From positions 39,930,001 to 39,994,000 of the forward strand of contig NC_087436.1 in NCBI RefSeq assembly GCF_036321535.1: 64,000 nt of DNA, given 5' to 3'. This DNA comes from Camelus dromedarius (taxonomy: Eukaryota). The position numbers and the translations under genes are program-made. The first letter of the stretch is position 1. Each line of letters begins with the position of its first letter. Below are positions 1 to 12,444 of the stretch, piece after piece. The notes beneath the pieces were generated by a model that searched no databases, was not told where the DNA came from, and was given only the letters and a program-made list of their open reading frames with translations.

Positions 1-2625
1 TAATTAAAATCTAAGGCTACCTTTCTATATATTCTTTAAATATTCTCTAGCTTTGTTGGCAAAGAGGCAGATGAAACTTTCAGGAGTCATAACTTCTAGA
101 GAAGTTGGAATCTGTGTATATTTATACAGGACATTTTCCTACTCATGTGCAGTGAGAATTTCTGGGTTTTTTTTTTTTTTTTTTTTTTTGTCTGTCTAAT
201 TTACACTGTCTCTTTCAAATTCCCCATCAACTTTTTTTTAAGACAGCCAGCTAAAGTTATTTCTTCAAATGAAAGCTAAGTTGAACCAAATACATTTTAG
301 TTTTGACCCAAAGAAAGAATTTGACAGATACTATAAATAAGTTTTTTTACAGATAAGAACAGGAGTCATTTATCAGATGTCCTGAGGGTATAGAGTGAGT
401 TGTGAGTAATCAATGTGTATTCCTGGAGGTTGCCTTTCAAAAATTATTTGAAACACTTATTTTTAAATTGCATATCAGTCTCACAAAACCTATGATGATA
501 TCTCCAAAGTGTGCAAAAGGCACTGAACAGCCGCCAATCAGGATGCTGATTAAACAAACATACATGCGTTTATTAAAAATAGGCCAATAGTATATACAAA
601 CACACCAATTTATTTTTTCAGAACCTAGAAAGGATTTCATCTTTGACTCAGATGTAGCAGTTAACAAATGTTTCCCCCTCACGTAGGTGAGCAGCACAGT
701 ATACAGGGCCGGAGATGGCAGCTGACAGGGCAATTCAATTGTTCCTCTCTTCCGGGATTTCTGGTTTTCTGAAGTGCTGTTTTCTGTGTTATCACCTGTT
801 TTTTGGTTTCTTTTTTTTCTCTAAGACAAACATCTTCTCCAATGCTTGTGCTTCTCTGAAAGCAAAACCAGTTGATAGCAAGAGTGTGCCAATAACTGCA
901 ATGATAGATGAAATACAGCCTTAGAGAGAGATGGCTTTGATTTTGTTGTTGTGAACAAAGAGAAATTAAACATTTCCCATTATTTTCACTCTTGCCTAAT
1001 CTTGATCTCCTGATTTCATGTAATGTATCTCCAAGTTTTCTAAAATGGAATGGACTTTTCATACAGCTTGGAAAGAAACAGCTAGCTAGGTACCTGGCCC
1101 ATATTAGAAGCTCAATACGTGGTCACTTATATGCTTACTTTTCCCTTTTCTTCCTTCAGCAGCACCTGCAGTGTGATTCCTTCTCTGTGGGACATCAGCA
1201 CTGAAATGGATTCAGAGATAGCTTTTCATTTGAAGGGAAAAAGTGCTTAGTATGATGATCAGGTAGAAGACTGTAATAGATTTAACTAGAACTGGAGTTA
1301 ACTATAAAGGAAGAAGATAAAAAAAATTAGTTTTTTTAAAAAGCACATTTTTATACTAAAAAAAACAAAGTCTTTTCTTGTCATTTTTTTTTCAAGACCA
1401 TGGCTGAAGTCTCCTTCTCCACAGTTGAATTATGCTCAGCAGAGAATGCTGAACTGGATTGCCAAAAGTCAGTCTAGTTACTCTTGATAGTAGAAATAAA
1501 GTAAGTTCTGAAGCAAAAAGCTGAAGTGGATTTATTTTCAAATTATAGTAGAGTTGATTTTCTAAAGGAAAAGATAGGAAGTTAGAGCCTGTAAGTTTCT
1601 AAAATTGTATTAACCAGTATTTTCTTGATGGAACTTAGGTAATGTATCATCTGAAACTAAAATATAGTAATGGGAAGTAATTCTTATGGGATTTTTGTTT
1701 CATTTTACTTTTTATTTTGAATAAAACAGAACTAATTGAACAGAAAATACGTTGATAGAAAGTAGTTAGAATGAATAGTCAACAAAAAATCTAGATTTAA
1801 GTCTACTTGCAAGCAAGGCAAGTAATTTGACCTCAATATGTATCTGCCATCATAGTCATGTAACATTTTACATAATTTAAATTTACTAATAAACAATCTT
1901 TTAAATAACAGTCAGCAAAGAAAAATCATGAATTAGTTTATGTCTTGCTTTCATTTTTATTGACTGCTATTAAAATTATTTAAACATTTGTAGGCTTACA
2001 ATTTTAAAATGTTGTTGATATTATTAGTAATGGCTAGCTCCCTGCTGTGTCTCTGTGTGCATTGCATGTTTTGGCCATAGGAAAATGGATCAAAACATAC
2101 AGAAGAATTATTTGAAATGTCCTGTATTTTTCAAATTATTATTTTGAAATTTTCATAACCATGTCACATGACTCTTTCTTTTTTTTTTTTTGAGGAAAAG
2201 AGGGAAAGGGATAACTGTTCTTCTCCACATGCTTGAGAATTAGAGGCGCTTATTGGGTCCCTGTAATACTCTGACTGTTGCAGCCCTCCTTTCTGAAGCT
2301 GTACTTCTGGTGCTGCCACCACCATACTGTTCGGATGGATTCTGTCCTCCAGTAATGAGGACATGTGTAGCTGTGTGGGTGTGTGTGTAACACACAGAGG
2401 GGCTGCTTCTTGTGAAGCATTCTCCTGCATGTCTGTTCCTCCTGGCGGACCGTGGGTCAGATTCCTGCCTGACCCTGCCTTCCAGAGGCATGCAATGGCT
2501 TAATCCATGGTTGTGCTGTTCCTGAAGAAAAATCACTGTTTTGACATCTGACCAGCCTGTGAGGATTTAGTTCTTGTGGACAGCTTTTTCCAAGTATTAC
2601 TTTTACTCCTCCCTCGCTGTGTAAG

Positions 2626-3132
2626 TGTTACCGACTCTAAACTCATTCTGTTTGCTGCATGACAGGCCAATAAATCAGGACACGAGATGTTGGGGCAGGG
2701 AATAATGACTTTATTTGGAAAGCCAGCAGACCGAGAAGATGGGGGCTAATGTCCTAGAGAACTATCTTCCCCAAGTCAGAATTCAGGCTCCTTTTATATT
2801 GAAAAGGGGAGGGGTGTGTTTGGTTGTTGCAAACTTCTTGGTGTTGCACCTGTCTGTATAGGTCAGGTTGTGGTGTTCCTGTAAACCTCCAACAAGACAA
2901 AAGTTATTCTCTGTTCTGCAACTTTTTTATCTCTCTGTGAATGTGAATGGAAGAGTGTTATCCTTAAAGGTCAGAGCCTTGAGAATGGACTATCCTGTAT
3001 ATTTCAGGCTCTAGGCAACATTCTTTTAGAAAAGGTGCAGAACCAGAATGACTAAGCACAGGAAACAGAGCACAGGGTTAGAGCTAAAGGAACAGATCTA
3101 ATATGGAGTCAGGTTTTTTCTTCTCTGTTACA
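2626..3132 (-). mobile_element. ERV1-class solo LTR (~507 bp)
   Basis: TG...CA termini (TGTTACC / TGTTACA) with a 4-bp target-site duplication TAAG at 2622-2625 and 3133-3136. Minus-strand TATAAA (2793-2798) is followed by AATAAA (2710-2715) in U3-R-U5 order. A 4-bp TSD is typical of gamma-like (ERV1) integrase. Confidence 0.88.
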
Positions 3133-3404
3133 TAAGTGTGGCAAAGTTTTCTTGAACACCTGAAAATACATTAAAATGAGCTTGGAGCAGTTATTGATAT
3201 GTAAGAGATCCTATATACATGCTAGCTTCAAAATGTTAGCTGTTAGTAGATTCTTTCCCATGTATAAAGAAATGGACATGTAAAAATGTATTTTAATGTT
3301 ATTATCTTAATATACATTTCTCAAAAGTTCACTGTGACTAACATGTCATTTCTACTTGTTTTTAATTGTTTCTTTCAGTCTCCTAAATACTGTATTTTTA
3401 CTTA

Positions 3405-3557
3405 ATTATTAATATCCCATTTTACAGATGAGGAATTTGGGGCACAGAGAGATAAAATTACTCACTCCGGGTCACAGAGCTGGTGAGTGGAGGAGCCAGG
3501 ATTTCATCCCAGCTGTGGCTCCAGACCACATGCTCTTAACCCCTGTGATAGCCTGCC
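3405..3557 (-). mobile_element. MIR SINE
   Basis: MIR core motif CCCATTTTACAGATGAGGAA...GCACAGAGAG...GGTCACAGAGCTGGTGAGTGG...GCCAGGATTT...GCTCTTAAC. Confidence 0.9.
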
Positions 3558-4799
3558 CTGCCTTAGCCTGACATTTGGTAGAACACCCTATGTAGATTCA
3601 TTCCTTCATTGATTTATGAATTAGCCAATAGTAACTGTGCATTTACTATGTGTCATGCTCCATAGTAAATGGTAAAGATAAATTGCCAATAAAGAGAAAA
3701 AGTGACTATTTCCACAAATGACTGCATAGTATATATTATTTCTTCATGAATGAATTCTCAACATTATCTACAAGCCACAGCCAAAAGAAAGAATTGAGAT
3801 AAGGGATCCAATCTTATCTCAGAGAGAGAAATACTTCACAAAGACCTGTGAAGAGAACTCCCTATATTTTTCCAGCTCCCTTTGGTACTTGTATTTCAAA
3901 CTTAAATTACTCCATGCTGCATTTTGAGCCCACTCCATCTTGCCTTGTCCTTAGATGGAGGTATTTTTTGTCTACCATTCCCTGTGTGTGCACAATTTGT
4001 ATATTTGAAAGTTATTAAATTATGTATTCTAATGTCAAATTTGCAATCTGATTAAACTCAATTACTTTGGTTTTATCATACATTTTATTTCCCAAATCCT
4101 AAGATGTATTTTAACCAAGGATTACTGGTTAATATTTGTGTTGAAATACGATTTTAATCAATTGCTCACATGAGGAGAACTGCATAAAACATGTTTAGTA
4201 TCCACTTTAATGTTGGATTCTTTCTTTGTTCAATTTTTTAAGTATATAGGAGGAGGGAACTGTTAAGATTATTTCATAAACAGGAAAAGTAAATGAATAG
4301 ATAGCTATAAAACTGTAATTTTAAAGAAGCAGAGGAATGTTCCATGGTACATTGAAGTATCTGTTTTATTCTTGTTCAATGTCAGGGGAAAGTCCTTGGC
4401 AGTTACAACTGTCAAGGTCTCAGTGGTGGCTCTGAGGTCTTGCCAAGATGTTTCAGAAATGTAATCATACTTATTTAAATGCTCAACACAAGGGCCTTGG
4501 TGTTATCTATGCATATAAAAATCATAGCAAATCAAAGTAATGAATATTTCACAAAGAAAATTAATGCTCTTTTACATATTTATCAGAATTACTTACTTTA
4601 GAACAGGAAACACTTTCTTTTCTGGCATGTATATAACAATTATATTATATCCTGTATATTAATCAGATAGCCCATTTTAAAGGATGCAGAGCCAAGGTAA
4701 CCAAAAACAAAGTTTCATCTTAAAAAAAAGATTTTTGATATTCTGAGAACAAATTCGAAATGATGAAATAAAAAGAGATTCTTGGCTTCCAGCTTCCCA

Positions 4800-5350
4800 G
4801 CATCACTGATAACACAGTGTTTCAAGTGCTCTGAAAGAAGTGATTAGAGACTTGATGGATGAACCCCTCAATTTATTTTTTAAAAGAAAGCAGTTCTCTA
4901 TCTTAAAGCTCGAGCCACATGAATTGCTCAAATCCAGATGACTAGATGAATTCTTTATTGAAATGACAATAAAAGCAATTATATTGTTAATTGTCAACTT
5001 AAAAAAAAACCTCCTTTGGAAATCCAGACACACTGACATTAGCAACAAAGATAATGAACATTTCCATAAACAGTGTCCCTTGAAACTCTCCAAATGTGAC
5101 ATTGTTGAAATGCCATTTTGGTGTGATTACTCAGAAATAAAGAGGGGATTTTTGAGACATATCAGGTAGTGTAAGGACAAATGTATCTTTTAACTAATAG
5201 ATTATTTAAAAATAAGGAAACACATTTTGATTGTTTAGAGGGTTTTTCTTATTTTCAACATTCCCTATTTGTATGAAAAAAAAGGCATAGTTAAATCTGG
5301 CTAGCTAATTTCATATGTAAACATTAGGAAAGGATGAGGTTTATCATTGT
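4800..5350 (+). mobile_element. Possible highly decayed hAT (Charlie-like) transposase C-terminal remnant
   Basis: Across frames, the motifs WMNP, LDEFFIEMT, PFWCDY and LIFNIPYLYEK occur in order. They resemble the hAT C-terminal region (W..NPF / EE..IEM / FW / LLPF.TTYLCE). Many stops and shifts; no TIR seen. Confidence 0.4.
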
Positions 5351-6149
5351 AGCCTGTTCTGATATACATGGTAACAATGGAATTTTAATCAGAATATAAA
5401 TATTGTGAAAAGAATGATTAATATATATTAAGAAGGATATTGAGCAAAAGAACTACTGTTTTATAAAATCCTCTCTCTTTTCATTCTTTCCACCTTTATT
5501 TCAAATATTAAAAAGGAAATGGAAAAATAGGGTGAAGATGATAAATTATTCATTTTATTTCGATACAACTGTCAGTCTTTCATGCTTGATATACATTTTT
5601 TTTTCTTCTTTTTTGGAATGTAAGCCTATAGGATCCATTAATCGCATAGTTTAAAAAGAACATTGGTGAAGAAACTGAAATAAGGGTACTCTTGTTTCAT
5701 CTTTATGGTCTAAAGTCAGATTTCCCATTTGAAGTTATGTCCTTCATTTCTACATCAGGATTTGGGGCATACATGCAGTACTTAAAATGTGATTGTTTAT
5801 AAGCAGATTCTGGACTTCATTTGTTCTAACTGTGGATGATGTCTAGGCTTTAAAATAGATACTCTTAGTTTAAATAGCAAAATCTTATTTTCAGAGAAAA
5901 ATGTAAAGGAAATGCTGTTTTCATGGAATACAAGGAAGTAGAAACTAGTAATTTCACGTTTGAAACCGAAGTCTTAATGCAACCTTTTATATTTCAAATG
6001 TTTTCTTATCAGTTAAAAAAAACCTTAAATATGCAATTTTCCTCTATATAATCTTCAGTTTAAAGATAAAAAGAAACTGAGTTTATCTCCTTTTTTCATG
6101 TTATAGAAAGTTAAGGGATTGACCGATTTCCTTGTGTTAATCTCTATCA

Positions 6150-6880
6150 TTTTTAAAAAAAAATTTATTGAAGTGTAGTTGATTTATAATGTTAGTTTCA
6201 GGGGGACAGCAAAGTGATTCAGTTATACATAAACATACATATGTATTTTTTCTTTTCAGATTCTTTTCCATTATATGTTATTACAAGAAATTGAATATAG
6301 TTCCCTGTGCTAGCCAGTCGATCCCTGTTGTTTATCTGTTTTATATACATTAATGTGTGTCTGTTGATTCCTAACCTCTAAAAATTTATCCCTCCCCACT
6401 CTTTCCCCTTTGGTAATGATAGTTTGTTTTCTATGTCTGTAAGTCTGTTTTTGGTTTGTAAATAGAATTTGTATCTTTTTTTTCAGACTTCACATGTAAG
6501 TGATATCGTATGATGTTTGTCTGTCTGACTTACTTCACTCAGAATAATAATCTCTAGGTTCATCCATGTTGCTGCAAATGGCACTGTTTCATTCTTTTTT
6601 ATGGCTAAGTAATATTCCATTGTATATATATATACCATCTTTTCTTTATCTAGTTATCTATTGATGGGCATTTAGGTTGTTTTCATATCTTGGCTATTGT
6701 AGACAGTGCTGCTGTGAACATAGGGGTTATATATCTTTTCAAATTATAATTTTCTCCAGATACATGTCCAAGAGTGGGACTGCTGGATCATATGGTAAAT
6801 CTATTTTTAGTTTTTTAAGGAACTTTCATACTGTCCTCCATAGTGGCTGCACCGATTTACATTCCCAGCAACAGTGTAGG
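6150..6880 (-). mobile_element. L1 LINE, 5'-truncated 3' end (3' UTR plus ORF2 end)
   Basis: Antisense L1 motifs TTTATTGAAGTGTAGTTGATTTATAATGTT, CATCCATGTTGCTGCAAATGGC and GCTGGATCATATGGTAAATCTATTTTTAG. Confidence 0.95.
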
Positions 6881-7019
6881 TAGACACCAGCATATATCAT
6901 ATTTTCTAAATGTATACTTATAAATATACATACTTTTCTTTAATCTCTGTTTGGGACACAAGAATCCATCAGATCTTCCAAGCACAATATCAGAAAGTCT
7001 TTGTAGATATCATGCTTTT

Positions 7020-7240
7020 CTCGTGTTAGATCCAGTTTGGCCATTCTGCTTTTTTCCCACATATCCCTTTCTCATCAATTCCATTGTCAATGCCTTCTTT
7101 CAAAGTTTTAATACTTCTCTCCTGTATGATAGAAATTACTATTATATGATCACTCTGACTCCACTGAGGATGTCTTCTGTATTGTCCTCCATAATATCAC
7201 CAAAGTGAGAGTTTAAAAATTAGCATTTGAGATATGATCA
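7020..7240 (+). mobile_element. Probable L2 fragment
   Basis: Degenerate similarity to the L2 3' region (pyrimidine-rich CCCTTTCTC...CCATTGTCAATGCC...TCCTCCATAATATCACCAAAGTGA). Confidence 0.4.
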
Positions 7241-7584
7241 TTCATGAGTAAAATGTCAAATATAATTTAAGGGAATTAGATGTAAGATTGGGTTTTGCTT
7301 TCACAAGTACTTAATTGGAAGAATACATTTTTGTAACCTTTCAATTAGCCCTATTTTAAAGCAAGTTTGAGTCAATCATTACATGAGGTAATGGGACAAA
7401 ATTAGATTATTAGAGTAATTAGAGAAGATTCTGATGTTTCAAGGAAAATTGAATGAAATTCTTTGAATGATAGATACTTGCCACCATTAAAGCTCTTCAT
7501 GGCATTTGTCACTTTAGAAACTGACCACCTAACTATGCTAACCTAACCTCTTCAGCATTTAGTTTCAAAATATATTATTATAAA

Positions 7585-9850
7585 TAAATATCTTTCCCAT
7601 CATTAGCCAGTAAGAGCCTCTTCAAATTGGCTCTTTAATCATTTTGACATAACTGTAATAATCTTTGAAGGCTTCTTTGCTGTCTGATATGGAGACATTT
7701 TACTCTCATTTTTACATTTCCTGCTTCAGGTCTGAATTGGCTGTTTCTTTATGGAGTCTGTTTCTTTTAATGATAAATAATAATTCAAGACTGCAGTCTG
7801 GGAATTAGGAATGCTTATTGCAGCTGGACTGCATCCTTAACTATGCATTCAGCAAAGTACAGTAGAAATGAGCATCCCAGTAGCATGAGTTCATATAGGT
7901 ATTTCCAATTCAGTAAGTTAAGTTTTTAAACTTAATTCTTTTCTATATTACAACCATATTTCCTTTCTTCCACTCTAAAAAAATCCTCATTCTCAGTATC
8001 ACAAGTGATGATAGTTAGAATAAATCATAATTTATTCATTTGCTTTATACAACATTAGACATCCAGTGAGCTCAGAATAACAGTATTATAACTACCACCT
8101 CCAGTATAATTAACAAGGATAGTTAAAATTATTCTTTTCATAAAAGCTCTCCTCCTTTTTTCCATAATTTAAAAACATCTGAGCACATAGCTATTCAAAT
8201 AATACTCTCTCCGTTTTAACCTTCATTTAGTCTTAGTAAGATCTGCAAATATCCATAGGTTTAATGCTGGTGACCAGTCCTTATGGTAATGTTTTATAAT
8301 CACTTTAGTAGTCTGAAGTGCATTCTCTAGTGAATTCCTCTGGAAGCACTCATGGGAGCAATATTTCCTTAGTTCTTTTATGAGACAACAGTTTGGACTT
8401 TCAGAGTTGAAATCAGTTTTGCTGGGTATAAAACTGTCACTTTTCCCCCTTGCATATTTATATTACTCTATTTTCTTCTACTTAAAATTTATTGTCAGAA
8501 AGACTGATAATGAAATAATTTCTTTCTCTAATAGGTCAAATTATATTTTTTACCTAATGTCAAATTATTATTTTTTCTTTTTTTCTTTGAAGCCCAGTAT
8601 TTCTTATCATTGGTTCTTTTGGAACTGTACTCATGTAAGTGATATGCTTTTTCAATATGTAATTTTAATTCTTCTTTATATAAAAGAAGTTTCCTGAATG
8701 GGAATTTTTAGCGTTTCCTTTTCTTTCCCTCTTACCCCACCTTGGGCTACTATTACTGCTTGTTGGGCTTTCTTTCTTGGCCTTCCTTTGCCTATCTTCA
8801 GTATTTATCACTTTCTAATTATTATTATTTTTTAACCTCTTCTTTCATTTATCTCTGGTTTTTACAATTTTTCAATTTTTTACCTTCTATTTTTTCTAAG
8901 GTGTTACCTATGTTTGTTTGTGTTTCCCTAATTCATTTTTATTTCTGTGAAAAACAGTTTCTTTTACTTCTTTTTTTTTCCCCTGAGGTCTATCAATATG
9001 CTTGAGGGTTTTTTATGTTGTTTTTAATGTTGTTTTTTATGTCTTCAGTAATTTTTAATGTACTTTATCTCATTTTGAATTAGCCTGTTATAGTTCATCT
9101 ATACTGTATTTTGGCATCCATTTTTCATATAAAAACTTTGTATAGAATTTGACCTCAATACTTTTTATTTCCTATTTTGATGAAAAATTATTTGTATTTT
9201 GAATTTTTAGTAGGAGTTCTGGTTCTGAGAGACTTTCTAAACTTCTCTAAATTCCTTTTATTTTCATCTAATACCAAAACTATAGAAGCTTGCTTTCTAA
9301 GATTTCCTGGTTTTGTTTTCTCCCCACTTTTCTCTGAGGGTTGTTTTTCCTTCATCTCTATTTTTATTGTCCTGCTCAATTTTGATTCCACTGCAGGCAG
9401 TTTCTGCCCAGCCTAGGAGATCTAACTGGTCAGTTTTTAGATTTCCAGATGTCAAACTGCTGTAGTCTTCTCAAATTATTTTCTTGTGGGCCCCTCAGCT
9501 CACCTCGTATTGGATTTGACAAAAACACTAACAGTTTCAGCAGCTGTTTTCAAACTGCAATTCTAGTTTTTCAGCATGTTGCATATTTTGAGGTTCTTTT
9601 CTTAGTTCTGTCAGACAATTTGTTGCTTGTCTCTGCTTTCTCATGCACGGATGCTGATATAATACGGGTCCTCAACCAATTACATTTTGAAGTTTATGGG
9701 GATACCTTGTTGCCTCGATTTGTTATAAATATTTCCTATGAGTTTTGGATATACTATCTAGCTGTTTTGTGTGTTTTACTATCCCATTGGTTGCTCAGTC
9801 TTTATAAGAATCAAAATTTATTTTTGCTATAGCCATCCTTCCACAATCTC
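7585..9850 (-). mobile_element. Ancient L1 (L1MC/L1ME-like) fragments
   Basis: GCCAGTAAGAGCCTCTTCAAATTGGCTC...CAAGACTGCAGTCTGGG resembles old L1M 3' ends. It is followed by long T-rich antisense ORF1/5' region-like sequence ending at GCCATCCTTCC. Confidence 0.65.
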
Positions 9851-9871
9851 CTCTTCCTAATTTTTTTGACA

Positions 9872-10070
9872 ACACAGCATAGTGGTTAAGAGTACTGACT
9901 CTAGAATCAAACCACCTATGTTAATCCCAGGGAACTCTACCACTTATAAACATTGTTACCTTAACACACTCCTGGACTCAAAAATTATGATAAGAATACA
10001 ATTTGTCTTAAAGGATAATTATAGGATAACATGAATTAATATTTTTAAAGCACTCATAATTTTTCCTGGT
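9872..10070 (+). mobile_element. MIR SINE
   Basis: MIR 5' motif CAGCATAGTGGTTAAGAGTACTGACTCTAGAATCAAAC and 3' motif TAAAGCACT. Confidence 0.8.
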
Positions 10071-10604
10071 ACTTGATTACCAGAATATGTGTGTCTTAAA
10101 TAAATTTTAGTATTAATATATATTAGTCACTTAAAAATTCAACTAATATTACAAAACACAAGAAGATACCATCAATGCCATTTCTTTATTACCTTTTAAA
10201 AATTGTAATTCATATTCTAGTTGATTTGATACATAGGGTTGTTTTGTCTATGGAACAGGCCACTGAGTCAGTGAACGGTTGGGTGAATAAACTAAATTGC
10301 TAATAGTTAAAACAGAAAAGATTTATATAGGAGAATAAATCTTAAATAAGTTTCATAATTTCCTAGCAACAAAGACCTACTTAGGTTACTGATGCTTTAA
10401 GTATTATTATTCAAGGAAAGAATTGTTAACCTCCTAAAGTTATTTAGGTATTGACTTGAAGGATAAAATGATGAACATTCAGGATCTCTTCAGTCCTTAT
10501 GATTCATGTGTCATCTGTCAAATTTAAATGGCTCCCTAACAGTTTCATCCTTAATGTCACTATACAGAAAATGCAACCAGCTGTTGCCTATTTCCAGGGA
10601 CCCA

Positions 10605-10750
10605 CAGAAAATGGTTGTAGTTTGTAATAGGAGAAATTTAGGTTTGATATAAGGAAGAACTTTATGAATGTGAAAGAAATTCATGAATGTGTAGTTTAGG
10701 AAATGAGACTGTAGACTCCCCTTCTGTTGGCCTATTGAAGAATAGGATAA
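10605..10750 (+). mobile_element. CR1/L3 LINE 3' fragment
   Basis: GGAGAAATTTAGGTTTGATATAAGGAAGAACTTT followed by CTCCCCTTCTGTTGG...TTGAAGAATAGG, the conserved CR1/L3 ORF2 C-terminal signature (F.L.IRKNF). Confidence 0.75.
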
Positions 10751-12444
10751 TTATTATAGGATATATTGGGATGGTTCTTTGATAATCACCATTTATTAAG
10801 AAAATAATAATAATACTAATAACAATAAAATAGTAATAAAGAGGGCTATTATCCATTAATAAGCTTTATTAATTATAATAATATGCAAAGGTTAAATAAG
10901 TATGGAGAACGAGGAAAAAGCATAAGCATTCTATGAAAGCTCATAGAAAACTATCAGAGGGACATTTGGAAAAGAAGATATAAAATAGTTTTAAAAGAGA
11001 CTAGCTTTGTAAGCATGTGAATTTAGAGGAATGAAAGCAAGCCAGTTACTTTAACAAGGACCATAAATGTCTTGTTAGAGAAAAGCATGGTGAATCAATC
11101 AGAGTTATTGTGCTGGCTAATATGTTGTCTTTGAATTGGTTTCTCCATTGTTGGCCTATCGAGGTTAATTTTGTGTGTGTTTGTACTTACCACAGGTTAT
11201 TGGTTTGTCTTCTCATCCACAGCAGAGTTCAAAATGAGCACCGCTTCCCCACAGAGCAAGTGCTCTGAGCAATGGAGCAGATCACCTGCCTCCGGATTTT
11301 CTTTCTACTATCAGGTGTGTTGCTCCACATGAGGCCAAGAGTTTGGACTCTTTGCACTGAGAAAATACAGCACTGAAATTTAAAATATTAGCATGTGGTA
11401 TGAATAGCAGTCACTTCTCACTGTGGCTGCATCTGGTTCTCTTCTGCATGATATGCTGCCTTCAAGCTCAGGATAAAGGGGTCAATTTCTGTTACTTGCC
11501 GCTAAATCTCTTCCCTTCATTTTAGTTTCCAAATGCCAGATTTACAATTATGGCCATGATAAACCTGCTAACTTCTGTGGCTTAGAATTCCAGGCATGTC
11601 CCATGGCGCAGATGATGAAAGAATAATGAGGATATGTGAAATAGAGCAGTGGGGATTGGCAAGTAATTCCAACTCACAAAATTGCTAATTTTAAATATTT
11701 GTTCTGAATTTGCCATGATGTTCAGAGGTATGGGACACTCCAGCACCAGGAAATATGTAAGACTATAATTTTACATTTTCACACTCAATCTGCTACCAAT
11801 ATATTATGTGAGCGAGTACTTTTGTCTGATAATGTTGATGGAATTGTGACATGAGCTTTACTGATGTAAGCCTTACACATTTGAGTGAGTAATAAGAAAG
11901 AGAATCAATGATTTGCAAAATGTCAAAATATTTTTGCCACATCAATATTTTGAAATATGTCTTATAGTTGAGATGTGTTGAACACTTTATATTTCATCAT
12001 CAGTGGTTGATGTTGGTCACATTTTGCATGTGACTTAATTCAATAAGATGCAGCAGACTCAGAACATTTCTTATTGTCACTGCAAAGCCAGACTAATTAA
12101 ATTTTTTGTCCCTCATTATTAGTATTCATGACTATTTCTCAGTTTCAGCTTTGAAAATTAAGTAAGAACATTGGATACTAATATAATGGCAATTGATTTT
12201 TCAAAATGTTGTCATTCTAGAAAATATAGCATATTTTTTTTTTAGTTTCTTCATGTCCATTGCTTGAATTAAAATTAATCTTTGTATTTCCTATGGAGGG
12301 CCAGGGAGTAAACAATACTTTTATTGTTTTCTATTGAAGATAATTAATTGAATTTGTCTTTCCTTCTTATCATGAATTAGCAAAAGATTGGTACTTGAGA
12401 ACTTGTCATATCATTTTTACACATATCACATGCTTTAGAAATTT

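Noticed and set aside
167..189. Poly(T) run as a retrocopy tail
   Set aside because: No TSD or recognisable retroposed body adjacent; a simple homopolymer.
8380..9832. Cluster of hydrophobic F/L-rich plus-strand ORFs resembling membrane proteins
   Set aside because: Antisense reading of T-rich decayed L1 sequence; no splice structure or homology.
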